A DNA stretch of 64,000 nucleotides from an uncultured Synergistaceae bacterium (GTDB taxonomy: Bacteria; Synergistota; Synergistia; Synergistales; Synergistaceae): NCBI GenBank assembly GCA_964522805.1, contig CAZFWP010000001.1:4474-68473 (forward strand), given 5' to 3'. Below the pieces are notes generated by a model. The model searched no databases. It was not told the DNA's origin and worked only from the letters and a program-made list of their open reading frames with translations. Made by a program: the position numbers and the translations under genes. Every line of letters starts with the position of its first letter. Position 1 is the first letter of the stretch. This document shows positions 26,497 through 35,153 of this stretch, piece by piece.

Positions 26497-26525
26497 ATCT
26501 TAACATTAAACAATGAGCCTGTCAA
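26497..26525 (-). promoter_or_regulatory. Sigma70-type promoter of the leader/oxidoreductase operon
   Basis: Minus strand reads TTGACA (26525..26520), 17 nt, TAAGAT (26502..26497). Confidence 0.6.
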
Positions 26526-26729
26526 ATATTTTTAACAAAAAACTGGATATCAGAATAAAAATCAAGTGTTAAAACAACGCATTTTCACTCTTTTACCTTT
26601 TATAACAAGATATCATTCGTATATAGGCAAAACATTATAAGGTAAACAACAAAGATTGAATCAACATCAATGTTTCTGAAAAAGAGAGGGGTGAGATAAA
26701 TGTAATCCCTCGAACACAGATGTTAGCCA

Positions 26730-27440
26730 TTAACCGCCCAGATAGGCGTCGATTACTTTCTTGTCCGTAAGCAAATCAGCACCCTTACCGTGAAGCGAGA
26801 TCGTCCCAACTTCCAGAACATAGGCGTAGTCGGATACTTTCAAGGCACCGAAGGCGTTTTGCTCAACGAGCAATACCGTCTTCCCCTCTTTATTTATCTC
26901 GCAGATGATGCTGAATACTTCCTCCACTAGAATAGGCGCCAAGCCTAAAGAGGGCTCATCCATCATAATAAGCTCAGGGTCGCTCATCAAAGCACGCGCC
27001 AAGGCCAGCATCTGCTGCTCCCCTCCGGACAGTGTTCCACCCTTTTGCCAAGAGCGTTCCTTAAGCCGGGGAAACATTGTGAAGGCCTTTTCTATGGAAG
27101 CATCAAATCCTGCACGATCCTTACGGGTGTATCCGCCCAACTTGAGATTCTCAAGCACCGTAAGCTGGGGGAAGATACGCCGGCCTTCGGGGCAGAGAGC
27201 AATGCCCATCTCAAGAATCTGCTCCGGCAAGAGGCCCATGATGTCCTTTCCCTTCCAAGTGATGCTGCCGCTTTTACTCTTTATCAGCCCGGCGATGGAG
27301 CGAAGAGTGCTGCTCTTTCCGGCGCCGTTCGCACCGATAAGAGTTACAATTTTACCCATCGGCACTTCAAGCGATATGCCGCGTATTGCGTGAATACCGC
27401 CATAGCGCACTTCCAAGTTTTCTATCTTAAGCATGAGCAA
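26730..27440 (-). CDS. livF: Branched-chain amino acid ABC transporter ATP-binding protein (LivF type), operon 1
   Basis: GANGAGKSS, LSGGEQQML, MMDEPSLGLAP. Confidence 0.85.
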   Translation of the reverse strand: MLMLKIENLEVRYGGIHAIRGISLEVPMGKIVTLIGANGAGKSSTLRSIAGLIKSKSGSITWKGKDIMGLLPEQILEMGIALCPEGRRIFPQLTVLENLKLGGYTRKDRAGFDASIEKAFTMFPRLKERSWQKGGTLSGGEQQMLALARALMSDPELIMMDEPSLGLAPILVEEVFSIICEINKEGKTVLLVEQNAFGALKVSDYAYVLEVGTISLHGKGADLLTDKKVIDAYLGG

Positions 27441-28209
27441 GAGCCTCCTTGCCTAGGTATGCCTCTATGACTTTGGGGTTGGAGCGAATCTCTGCCGGCG
27501 TTCCCTGAGCGATAAGATGTCCATAGTCAAGCACCCATATCCACTCAGAGACCCCCATAACAACTTTCATATCGTGCTCTATAAGCAATATTGTCAAATT
27601 AAATTGGTCTCTGATTTTACGGATGAAGTCCATCAGCTCCCCGCTTTCCTGCGGGTTCATTCCTGCGGCAGGCTCGTCCAATAGGAGAAAACGTGGCTTG
27701 GTAGCTAAAGCTCTGGCGATTTCCAGCCGTCTCTGGGCACCATAGGGAAGCCCCGTGGCTGTCTCCTGAGCCAAATTTTCCAGCCCCACAGATTCAAGCA
27801 GGCGCATTGACGTCTCCTTCATCTCACGCTCTTCACGCAAACAGCTAGGGAGCAGGAAGGGCGCAGCCCACCATGGAGACTTCTGCCTTACCCAGCAGGC
27901 GGTCATCACGTTCTGAAGCACCGTGCCTCCAGCAAATAGACGAATGTTTTGAAATGTTCTGGCGATACCTGCTCGGCAAACTTCATGAGGTTTCATGCCG
28001 GTGATATCCTTATTGCAAAACAGGACCTTGCCTCCGGTAGGGTTATAGAAACCGCTGATGATATTAAAGCAGGTAGTTTTTCCCGCACCGTTGGGGCCTA
28101 TAAGGCTGGAAATGGAGCCCTCTTTAACCTCGATGTTAAAATCTCCCACTGCTGTGAGTCCGCCAAATTTTATCGTAATATTTTCTGTCTTAAGAATAGA
28201 CTCCGGCAT
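27427..28209 (-). CDS. livG: Branched-chain amino acid ABC transporter ATP-binding protein (LivG type), operon 1
   Basis: [35 protein letters not shown]. Confidence 0.85.
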   Translation of the reverse strand: MPESILKTENITIKFGGLTAVGDFNIEVKEGSISSLIGPNGAGKTTCFNIISGFYNPTGGKVLFCNKDITGMKPHEVCRAGIARTFQNIRLFAGGTVLQNVMTACWVRQKSPWWAAPFLLPSCLREEREMKETSMRLLESVGLENLAQETATGLPYGAQRRLEIARALATKPRFLLLDEPAAGMNPQESGELMDFIRKIRDQFNLTILLIEHDMKVVMGVSEWIWVLDYGHLIAQGTPAEIRSNPKVIEAYLGKEALAHA

Positions 28210-29250
28210 CTATGCGTCCCCCTTCCGGCAGAAGCGCCCGGTTATGCTCTCCCAGCGGAACTCATAACCTCCGATGATTCCCTCTCGGCGATAGAGAATG
28301 ATGAATAGCAGCACTACAGAGAATATGACCATTCTCATTCCGGGGATACCAGCGATTTCAAAGGAACCGAAGCTGATGGAATCTTCCACAAACCGCAGCC
28401 ATTCAAGCAATACGGTAATGACAACTGCTCCCACCATTGAACCGGTAATGGATCCCAGCCCTCCGGCAACAACGATCATCAAAATATTAAAAGTGAGCTG
28501 GAAGTTGAACATCTTCGGGTCGATCGTGGTGATCAGGCTTCCAGTCAAAGCGCCGCCTACTCCGGCGAAGAACGCTCCGACAGCAAAGGAGATAGCTTTG
28601 CACTTAAAAGTATTAATACCCATCGCTTTCGCCGCGACTTCATCATCTCTGATAGCTCTCAGACAGTTTCCGAAGTTGCTGGAAAGCAGTTTGATGATCA
28701 CATAAAAGGTAAGCACGCACCAAAAATAGTTCCAGCCCAGATTAGCATAGGCGGGGATTCCCTTAAGTCCCAAAGCTCCGTTGGTTATCGGCGTGATATT
28801 GGTGAAAACTACTCTGATGATCTCTGCAAAACCCAAGGTGGCAATGCCAAGATAGTCTCCGCCCAGGCGCAGCACAGGAAGAGCGATAAGCAGTCCGAAT
28901 GCCGCAGCGACAAACCCGCCGGCAAGAACAGAAACAAAAAATGGCGCCTGCATCACGGAAAACGGCCAGATTATCGGCTCAAGAATATACATCATCTCTT
29001 TTTGCGCAGCAGGCAGAATAAGCAAAGCACTCACATAGGCTCCTATCGCCATAAAACCGGCATGTCCCAAAGAGAACAGCCCGGTAAAACCGTAGATAAG
29101 ATTCAGGCTGACAGCCAAAATAGCGTTAACGGCAATCAAATTTAATACCTGGATTTTGTAGCCGTCCAAATTACCTTGCGCCCACCAAAGAAAAACGGCG
29201 AGCACCGCCAGAGATATCAAGTTGAGGATTATTTTTGTCCGCTGTGTCAT
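28210..29250 (-). CDS. livM: Branched-chain amino acid ABC transporter permease (LivM type), operon 1
   Basis: 346 aa polytopic protein. GHAGFMAIGAY and AIRDDEVAAKAMGIN motifs. Confidence 0.85.
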   Translation of the reverse strand: MTQRTKIILNLISLAVLAVFLWWAQGNLDGYKIQVLNLIAVNAILAVSLNLIYGFTGLFSLGHAGFMAIGAYVSALLILPAAQKEMMYILEPIIWPFSVMQAPFFVSVLAGGFVAAAFGLLIALPVLRLGGDYLGIATLGFAEIIRVVFTNITPITNGALGLKGIPAYANLGWNYFWCVLTFYVIIKLLSSNFGNCLRAIRDDEVAAKAMGINTFKCKAISFAVGAFFAGVGGALTGSLITTIDPKMFNFQLTFNILMIVVAGGLGSITGSMVGAVVITVLLEWLRFVEDSISFGSFEIAGIPGMRMVIFSVVLLFIILYRREGIIGGYEFRWESITGRFCRKGDA

Positions 29251-30143
29251 TAGATTTTATCCTCCAGCTTCTCTCCCATAAGACCTGTCGGTTTTACAAA
29301 GAGTATCATTATTAAAAGAACAAAGGCGAAAGCATCGCGATATCCGGAAAGAGCCGGGAAGAAGGCGATAATCATTATTTCCAGAAAACCGAGAATCAAA
29401 CCGCCAACCATAGCCCCCTGGACAGATCCAATACCGCCGAAAACAGCGGCGATAAAGGCTTTAAAGCCGGGAAATACTCCCATAAAGGGATGTATCTGCG
29501 GATAACGGAGTGCCCACATAATGCCGGCGGCTGCGGCAAGAGCCGAGCCTATGGCAAAGGTCAGAGCGATAATGCGGTCTACCCTCACTCCCATGAGCCT
29601 TGTGGTTTCGATGTCTTTCGAGATCGCCCTCATTGCCAGTCCCGGCGGCGTTCTGTACAGCACCCACAATAGAGCTGCCACCAATAAGAATGTCATAATC
29701 GGCACGAAAATAGCCAGCGGCAGTATACGAATATTACCAAACTGCATCACCGTGACGAGAGCTTCCAGCCTCGGCATGGGCTTTGGCACCCCGGTAAAGA
29801 GCACCAAGCAGATATTTTCAATGAAAAAAGAGACTCCGATGGCACTGATAAGAGCAGATATTCTCGGAGCTTCACGAAGCGGTCTGTAAGCTATTCTGTC
29901 TATCATAACGCCAAGAGCCGCAGTAGAGAGAATTGCAACGAGCACAGCCAAAACCCAAGGAAGGTTTAAAACGGTAATCCCCAAAAAGACAAAATAAGCG
30001 CTCATCATAAAGATGTCGCCATGGGCAAAGTTAATCAGCCTCAGAATGCCATATACCATGGTGTAGCCTATAGCTATCAGTCCATAAAGGCTTCCCAGCG
30101 TCAAAGCATTAAAAGCATGCTGGATAAACATGTCCAGTGTCAT
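29250..30143 (-). CDS. livH: Branched-chain amino acid ABC transporter permease (LivH type), operon 1
   Basis: 297 aa. INFAHGDIFM and the typical LivH layout. Confidence 0.85.
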   Translation of the reverse strand: MTLDMFIQHAFNALTLGSLYGLIAIGYTMVYGILRLINFAHGDIFMMSAYFVFLGITVLNLPWVLAVLVAILSTAALGVMIDRIAYRPLREAPRISALISAIGVSFFIENICLVLFTGVPKPMPRLEALVTVMQFGNIRILPLAIFVPIMTFLLVAALLWVLYRTPPGLAMRAISKDIETTRLMGVRVDRIIALTFAIGSALAAAAGIMWALRYPQIHPFMGVFPGFKAFIAAVFGGIGSVQGAMVGGLILGFLEIMIIAFFPALSGYRDAFAFVLLIMILFVKPTGLMGEKLEDKI

Positions 30144-30161
30144 AATAATTCGCCTCGTTCC

Positions 30162-30191
30162 TTAAAAGGGGGAAGGCAAAAGCCTTCCCCC
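30162..30191 (-). terminator. Intra-operon hairpin/partial terminator between the binding-protein gene and the permease genes (operon 1)
   Basis: Minus strand reads GGGGGAAGGC-TTTT-GCCTTCCCCC followed by TTTTAAGG. Perfect 10-bp stem at 30168-30191. Confidence 0.65.
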
Positions 30192-30218
30192 GATATTGTT
30201 TGCCTGGCAGGGATAATC

Positions 30219-31352
30219 TTACTTAGGATCGACAACCGTAAGGAAGATTCTCTTGCCGTTCTTGATCTGCATGATACCGACAGATTTTTCCGCATCATGT
30301 GAGGCATTGATAGTCGTCATTCCCGTAACACCGGCGAAGTTCTTCGTTGCCGCGAGAGCGTCGGTGATTTTCTGTGAGTTGTCGCTCTTTGCCGATTTGA
30401 TTGCTTCCATGATTATCATGTAGCTGTCATATCCGCAGGCTGCGAGAGCATTAGGATCTTTGCCTTTGAAGGTTTTCTTCCAGTTAGCGGTGAACTTTTT
30501 CTGTGTCGGGTTCATCTTCGGCATTTCCGGAGCGTAGGCAAAGGTTGTGAAGCTGAAACCTTCAACAGATTTACCGCCTATTTTTACAATTTCCGGGTTG
30601 TCCATGGCGTCGCCGCCGAGAATCTTAAACTTGGCTCCGAGTTCTCTTGCCTGGCGCATAATGATCGCACCTTCCGCAAAGTTTGCGGGGATATAGAGAA
30701 CGTCAGGGTTTTTACTGATAATTTCCGTTAGCTGAGCGGTAAAGTCCTGGTCCCCCTTCTGATAATTGAGCTTTGAGACGATTTTACCGCCGTTTTTGGT
30801 GAAGTTGCGCTCAAAGAAAGAGGAAAGACCAACGCTGTAATCTTCAGTTACTTCGATAAGACAGGCAGCCTTCTTAGCCTTAAGAATATCCTTAGCGAAA
30901 GCAGCGGCACCGGCTCCCTGGAAGGGGTCTATAAAGCAAACTCTGAACGAGTATTTTTTACCCTGAGTGACAAGCGGGTTGGTGCAGGAAGTCCCTACCA
31001 TGGGAACTTTAGCCTTCTCCGCTACTTCTCCTCCAGCCATAGCGAGCGAGGATCCGTAAGTGCCAATGATAGCGTTTACTTTGTCTTTTTCAACAAGTCT
31101 CTTTACCGCGTTAGCTGCCTCAACCTTGTCGCTTTTGTTGTCTACAACAACAAGCTCAACTTTTTTGCCAAGGACAGTAGGCATATCCTTATGCGCAAGT
31201 TTAACTCCGTCCAGTTCAAGCTGTCCGCCAATAGCGTTACCGCCGGTTATAGGCAGATAGACGCCTATTTTGATGGTCTCCGCCGCCATAGACATTCCTG
31301 CTGCCGCAAGAATCACACAAAAAGCCAGTAAAATTTTCTTCCCCAACTTCAC
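30219..31352 (-). CDS. Branched-chain amino acid ABC transporter substrate-binding protein (LivJ/K type), operon 1
   Basis: 377 aa. Signal peptide, then the typical IKIGVYLPITGGNAIGG start of type-1 periplasmic binding proteins. GTG start. Confidence 0.85.
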   Translation of the reverse strand: MKLGKKILLAFCVILAAAGMSMAAETIKIGVYLPITGGNAIGGQLELDGVKLAHKDMPTVLGKKVELVVVDNKSDKVEAANAVKRLVEKDKVNAIIGTYGSSLAMAGGEVAEKAKVPMVGTSCTNPLVTQGKKYSFRVCFIDPFQGAGAAAFAKDILKAKKAACLIEVTEDYSVGLSSFFERNFTKNGGKIVSKLNYQKGDQDFTAQLTEIISKNPDVLYIPANFAEGAIIMRQARELGAKFKILGGDAMDNPEIVKIGGKSVEGFSFTTFAYAPEMPKMNPTQKKFTANWKKTFKGKDPNALAACGYDSYMIIMEAIKSAKSDNSQKITDALAATKNFAGVTGMTTINASHDAEKSVGIMQIKNGKRIFLTVVDPK

Positions 31353-31638
31353 TATGCAACACCCTTTCTCTTCTCTACGCTACATTTGAACAAGTTGTTG
31401 ATACGCATTGTGATTATAGCCTAAAGTGCTTTAAAATTCACTAGTAAATATATCATGGAGGGTATTTTTTATATTTATTACAAACCTAAATAACGGTTTT
31501 TGGAAATATAACGATATAAAGATTTGTAATATAAACTTTAACCTTTAAAAAATTAATCATCGGCATACTTTATCCTATCATTTATAGGAATGCAAAATTG
31601 TAAAATTGAGAGAGCCTTTCCCTGCTTTACTTAAAAAC

Positions 31639-32331
31639 CTAACCTCTTATTGTGATTCCCGGCAAAAAATCTTGCAATTTCTCTGGCGATACCGCATCCA
31701 TCTGCATAAATGTTGGATTTAGACAGTTTACCGGCTTAAAGCACTGAACAAACCAATGCCTATCGTCACACAGCTCTTTTCTGATGGCCCTAAGATCTTC
31801 TTCTGTAAGCAAAGCCGGCACATATGTGGTTCTGAATTCATAGTCTGGAGCAAATTTTTTGATCAGGGAAATGCTTTCACGAAGTCTTTCAGCTAAGATA
31901 TCGGCACCGGTAACCCTTTTTAAAATCCTCTCATCAAAGGGTGCTTTGACGTCCATTGCCACATAAGAGACCAATTTTTGCTCCAGCACAGATGCCAGCA
32001 GCTCTGGAAAAGATCCGTTGGTATCCAGCTTCACCGCCAGCCCACAGCTCTTTATTTCCATAAGCAAATCAGTCAGACCATTCCACAAAAACGGTTCTCC
32101 CCCGCTTATCACCACCCCGTCAAGAAAGTTGCGTCGGCGCAGGATATCTTTAAAGACCTCCTCAGCACAAAGAGGCTCTGTCTGAGAGAGTACTAGCGTG
32201 CTGTTATGGCACCACGGACAGCGAAAATTACAGCCACTGGTAAAAATAACCGCGGCGACATGCCCGTTCCAATCAAGAAAAGAGGACGGAAGATACCCCC
32301 CGACAGTAAGTCCATCAAGCATCAAAAGCAC
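31639..32331 (-). CDS. nrdG: Anaerobic ribonucleoside-triphosphate reductase activating protein (radical SAM)
   Basis: CNFRCPWCHN cluster motif, about 230 aa, directly downstream of nrdD. Confidence 0.85.
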   Translation of the reverse strand: MLLMLDGLTVGGYLPSSFLDWNGHVAAVIFTSGCNFRCPWCHNSTLVLSQTEPLCAEEVFKDILRRRNFLDGVVISGGEPFLWNGLTDLLMEIKSCGLAVKLDTNGSFPELLASVLEQKLVSYVAMDVKAPFDERILKRVTGADILAERLRESISLIKKFAPDYEFRTTYVPALLTEEDLRAIRKELCDDRHWFVQCFKPVNCLNPTFMQMDAVSPEKLQDFLPGITIRG

Positions 32332-32349
32332 CCCTTCTATTTAAGAAAC

Positions 32350-32380
32350 GGCTGAAAGCGGAGATGTTCCGCCATCAGCC
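32350..32380 (-). other. Hairpin between nrdD and nrdG
   Basis: Minus strand reads GGCTGATGGCGGA-acatc-TCCGCTTTCAGCC (6+5 bp with a 2x2 internal loop), followed by GTTTCTT. Confidence 0.4.
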
Positions 32381-32413
32381 GTGCCGTTGTTTTTGTAAAA
32401 TTAGCTCCGCTGT

Positions 32414-34549
32414 TTAAGCAGGTAAGGTCACGGGACGGCGGCAGCGATCTTTAAGTTCGCCGCGCTTTCCGGCGTTCCAAGAAGACGTGCGAGTAAAGTA
32501 ACCTGTTACGCGAGTTATTCCATCCACATCAGAAGAGCCGCAGAGAGAACAGCTGTCAGAAAGCCCTCTTTCTATGTGGTTGCACTCATTACAGATGGTG
32601 AATTCGGGGCTGAACGCCACCTGTGCGTTTTCTGAGTAGCGGAAGGTCTTAATTACAAACGATGCCAGTGCTCTGGGATCGGGTTTATGTTCGCCCATCC
32701 ATACATGAGTAATGGCTCCGGCTTTGATCATCGGGTGCATCTCGCCTTCGCGTGTCACCTTGTCGATAGGGTCCTGAACCAACTGATAGTTGAGATGGGT
32801 GCTGTTTGTATAATAAATTTCTCCTGTTTCAAAATTTCCCTTAATGTACTTTTTGGCGGTTTCCGGGTACGCGCGCAAGTCCAACTTGGCAAAACGCAAA
32901 GCCGTGCTCTCAGCCGGAGTCTGTTCTAGCACTATTTTTAGCCCAAGGCGCTCTGAGAGCTGCTGACATTTAAGATCCATGTACTGAATTACCGCCTTGC
33001 CAAGCTGCTCAGCCTCATCACTCTCATGAAGCTGAGAACCGGTAACAGCCTGCACCATCTCGTTAAGACCAAGTATGCCGATCAAATGGCTGGCTTTTCT
33101 CATTCTCAAGTAACTTTCATCATCATGAGACACGCACAGCGCCGCAAGCGGTCCGTCAAGCCCCAAGTCCAGGATGCTTTTGATGAAACGCCTTTTTTCG
33201 AGGTGCCCTTTCGCCGCCAGCTCCATCTCTTCATCAATGATATCAAAGAGCAGCTCCTGATCGCCGTTGCACTTGTAGGCAGCGCGCGGCAGGTTCAAAG
33301 TAATGTTCTGCAGCGCACAGTAGCGCATCTTCCAAGGGTGTTTAGCCTCGTTGAGGTCTTCCGGCGTCAGCTCAAATGAGAGACGGCAGCACTCAGACAG
33401 TTTGGCGACACCGCCGCGGTCAAAGACAAAATAGGTATTGCCCTTTTCCGATGCGAGAGTGCAGGCCAAGTCAAGAAATTCTTCCCAGCCCTCTTCTTTG
33501 AAGAAATAGTCGGTAATGTGCAGCAGCGGTTTGGGGAAGAAAAATGGCTGTCCTCTGCTGTCTCCCTGCATATAGACATCAAAGAGCGCTTTGACGAACA
33601 TCTTCGCTTCTTTATCGTAGTCTCCATATACTTTTCCTGTAAACTTGCCGCCAGGGCCAATAGCGGGAACATCGCGGAAGTGATTGGGAATTTCGTAGTA
33701 CAGATTGATGTCGGTAAAGGCCACCTGCCCGCCGCGCCCTCCCGCGAGCTGGTTAAACTCAAAAATAAGCTGCTGAGCTAACTGTTTATGCTGCTCATAG
33801 CTCCAGCCCACAAGGTAGGGAGCAAAGTACATATTGATGGCATCCCAGCCTATTGCTCCGGCAAAGTGGTTTTGCAGCACGGAGGTCATCTTCAAGATGT
33901 GAGCCAACAGAACATCTGCGTGCTTAGCCGGGTTTGATACGCTGGTAATTGAGGGGATATTAAGTCCGTAGCGGGCGACATAGGCCACGCTCTGACCTGA
34001 GCAATATGGTCTGTTGACCATGCCAAGGTCGTGAAGGTGGATATCTCCTTTCAGGTGCGCGTCGGCCACATCTTTGCTGAATACCTTGGTCAGCGCGTAT
34101 TCTTTAAGCACCATCTCCGCGATGGAGAGGTTGATGGATTCAGGGTTGTGGCTGGTGTTGCTGTTTTCTTTATTTTTACGCAGCATCATTTTTTCCAGGT
34201 CATGGACAGGCAGACCGATACGGCTGTGGTCAGCCAGCTTCGCGCCAAGTCCGCGCTGGAAGAGCTTAACGTTTACCATTTCACGGATGATGGTAGTTGT
34301 CACATGGCCGCGTCCGTATTTAAGCAGTTCTCCTTCAACTTCTAAGGCAATGCCGCCGGCAGTAGCCGGGTCTAAGCCTGCTTCAATAATCAGCGCGTCT
34401 CTGATTCTGCTGGCATCCCAGGGAGAACTTTCTTCCTGAGCCAGAGCATCAACCATTAAGGCAAGGTCTGTGGATTCGCCGGTATTTTCAAAAAGATGTC
34501 CCTGTTTGCCAAAATATGATTCTGTATCCATAACAGGCTCAATTCCCAT
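32414..34549 (-). CDS. nrdD: Anaerobic ribonucleoside-triphosphate reductase, class III
   Basis: About 711 aa. C-terminal Zn-ribbon CNECNH...CSLCGS and glycyl-radical motif RVTGYF. AGGAGG lies 9 nt before ATG 34549; the track starts at an upstream TTG. Confidence 0.9.
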   Translation of the reverse strand: MGIEPVMDTESYFGKQGHLFENTGESTDLALMVDALAQEESSPWDASRIRDALIIEAGLDPATAGGIALEVEGELLKYGRGHVTTTIIREMVNVKLFQRGLGAKLADHSRIGLPVHDLEKMMLRKNKENSNTSHNPESINLSIAEMVLKEYALTKVFSKDVADAHLKGDIHLHDLGMVNRPYCSGQSVAYVARYGLNIPSITSVSNPAKHADVLLAHILKMTSVLQNHFAGAIGWDAINMYFAPYLVGWSYEQHKQLAQQLIFEFNQLAGGRGGQVAFTDINLYYEIPNHFRDVPAIGPGGKFTGKVYGDYDKEAKMFVKALFDVYMQGDSRGQPFFFPKPLLHITDYFFKEEGWEEFLDLACTLASEKGNTYFVFDRGGVAKLSECCRLSFELTPEDLNEAKHPWKMRYCALQNITLNLPRAAYKCNGDQELLFDIIDEEMELAAKGHLEKRRFIKSILDLGLDGPLAALCVSHDDESYLRMRKASHLIGILGLNEMVQAVTGSQLHESDEAEQLGKAVIQYMDLKCQQLSERLGLKIVLEQTPAESTALRFAKLDLRAYPETAKKYIKGNFETGEIYYTNSTHLNYQLVQDPIDKVTREGEMHPMIKAGAITHVWMGEHKPDPRALASFVIKTFRYSENAQVAFSPEFTICNECNHIERGLSDSCSLCGSSDVDGITRVTGYFTRTSSWNAGKRGELKDRCRRPVTLPA

Positions 34550-35018
34550 TACGATGTGCCTCCTTGTCTTCAAGCAGCTTCGCTATTTCATGAGTAAAAC
34601 TCGATATATCTGTAAATTCTCTATAAACGGACGCAAACCTGACATAAGCGACCTTATTTATCTTGCGGAGCTCGTCAGAGGCCAGCTCTCCGATAGTAGT
34701 AGCAGAGACCTCTCCCTGCCCGGAAGTGCGCAGCTTATCCTCAATGTGAGCCACGGCCTCTTCGATCTTCTCTAGCTGAACAGGCAATTTCTCACAGGCT
34801 CTTTGGAGCCCCCTGGTAAGCTTTTGCCTGTCAAATGCCTCTCTGCTGCCGTCCTTCTTAACTACCCAGAGATAATTTTTTTCTTCCAAACGCTCATAGG
34901 TAGTAAAACGTCCCTGACATTCCGGACATTCACGTCTGCGCCTATTGACCTTTCCGTCATCAACGCTCCTGGTCTCTATCACTCTTGTCTCCAATGCTCC
35001 GCAAACAGGACAGCGCAT
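34539..35018 (-). CDS. nrdR: Transcriptional repressor NrdR
   Basis: MRCPVCGALETRVIETR...RRRECPECQGRFTTYE zinc ribbon plus an ATP-cone. Confidence 0.95.
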   Translation of the reverse strand: MRCPVCGALETRVIETRSVDDGKVNRRRRECPECQGRFTTYERLEEKNYLWVVKKDGSREAFDRQKLTRGLQRACEKLPVQLEKIEEAVAHIEDKLRTSGQGEVSATTIGELASDELRKINKVAYVRFASVYREFTDISSFTHEIAKLLEDKEAHRNGN

Positions 35019-35030
35019 CTTATCCCCTCC

Positions 35031-35072
35031 ACACTATATACACCACGCTTCTAAATTATAACACTATATACA
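35031..35072. promoter_or_regulatory. Tandem candidate NrdR boxes bracketing a TATAAT
   Basis: Exact 12-mer ACACTATATACA at 35031-35042 and 35061-35072, spaced 30 bp. On the minus strand TATAAT (35060..35055) lies between them. They match the ACACwATAT half of the NrdR-box consensus I remember, but the palindromic second half is poor. Confidence 0.5.
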
Positions 35073-35153
35073 GCGATTAGAGAAGTCCTTCTACCTGAAG
35101 GCAATGATATTTTACTTCTAGTAATAATATTTTGTGAAAGAGGTGAAATACAT

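Noticed and set aside
26205-26516. 103-aa + strand ORF across the oxidoreductase leader
   Set aside because: It is antisense to the promoter, leader peptide and terminator described above. Its translation (…NNYNNNVLVDDIIQHYKQPP…) simply mirrors the AT-rich Ile-codon run.
26905-27470. Long antisense ORFs within ABC ATPase genes (26905-27393 and 27045-27470). Similar ones are 43852-44310, 44638-45135 and 60686-61171.
   Set aside because: All lie opposite genes with unambiguous Walker/signature or HTH/HExxH motifs and translate to Arg/Ser/Pro-rich sequences. They are shadow ORFs.
31486-31566. 26-codon minus-strand ORF MPMINFLKVKVYITNLYIVIFPKTVI upstream of Liv operon 1, with 11 of 26 residues Ile/Val/Leu and a weak AGGA 6 nt upstream
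   Set aside because: I considered it as a second branched-chain leader peptide. The regulatory codons are scattered rather than clustered, and no terminator or alternative hairpins follow. It lies upstream of the only TATAAT in the spacer. The composition is what any frame of this very AT-rich spacer gives.
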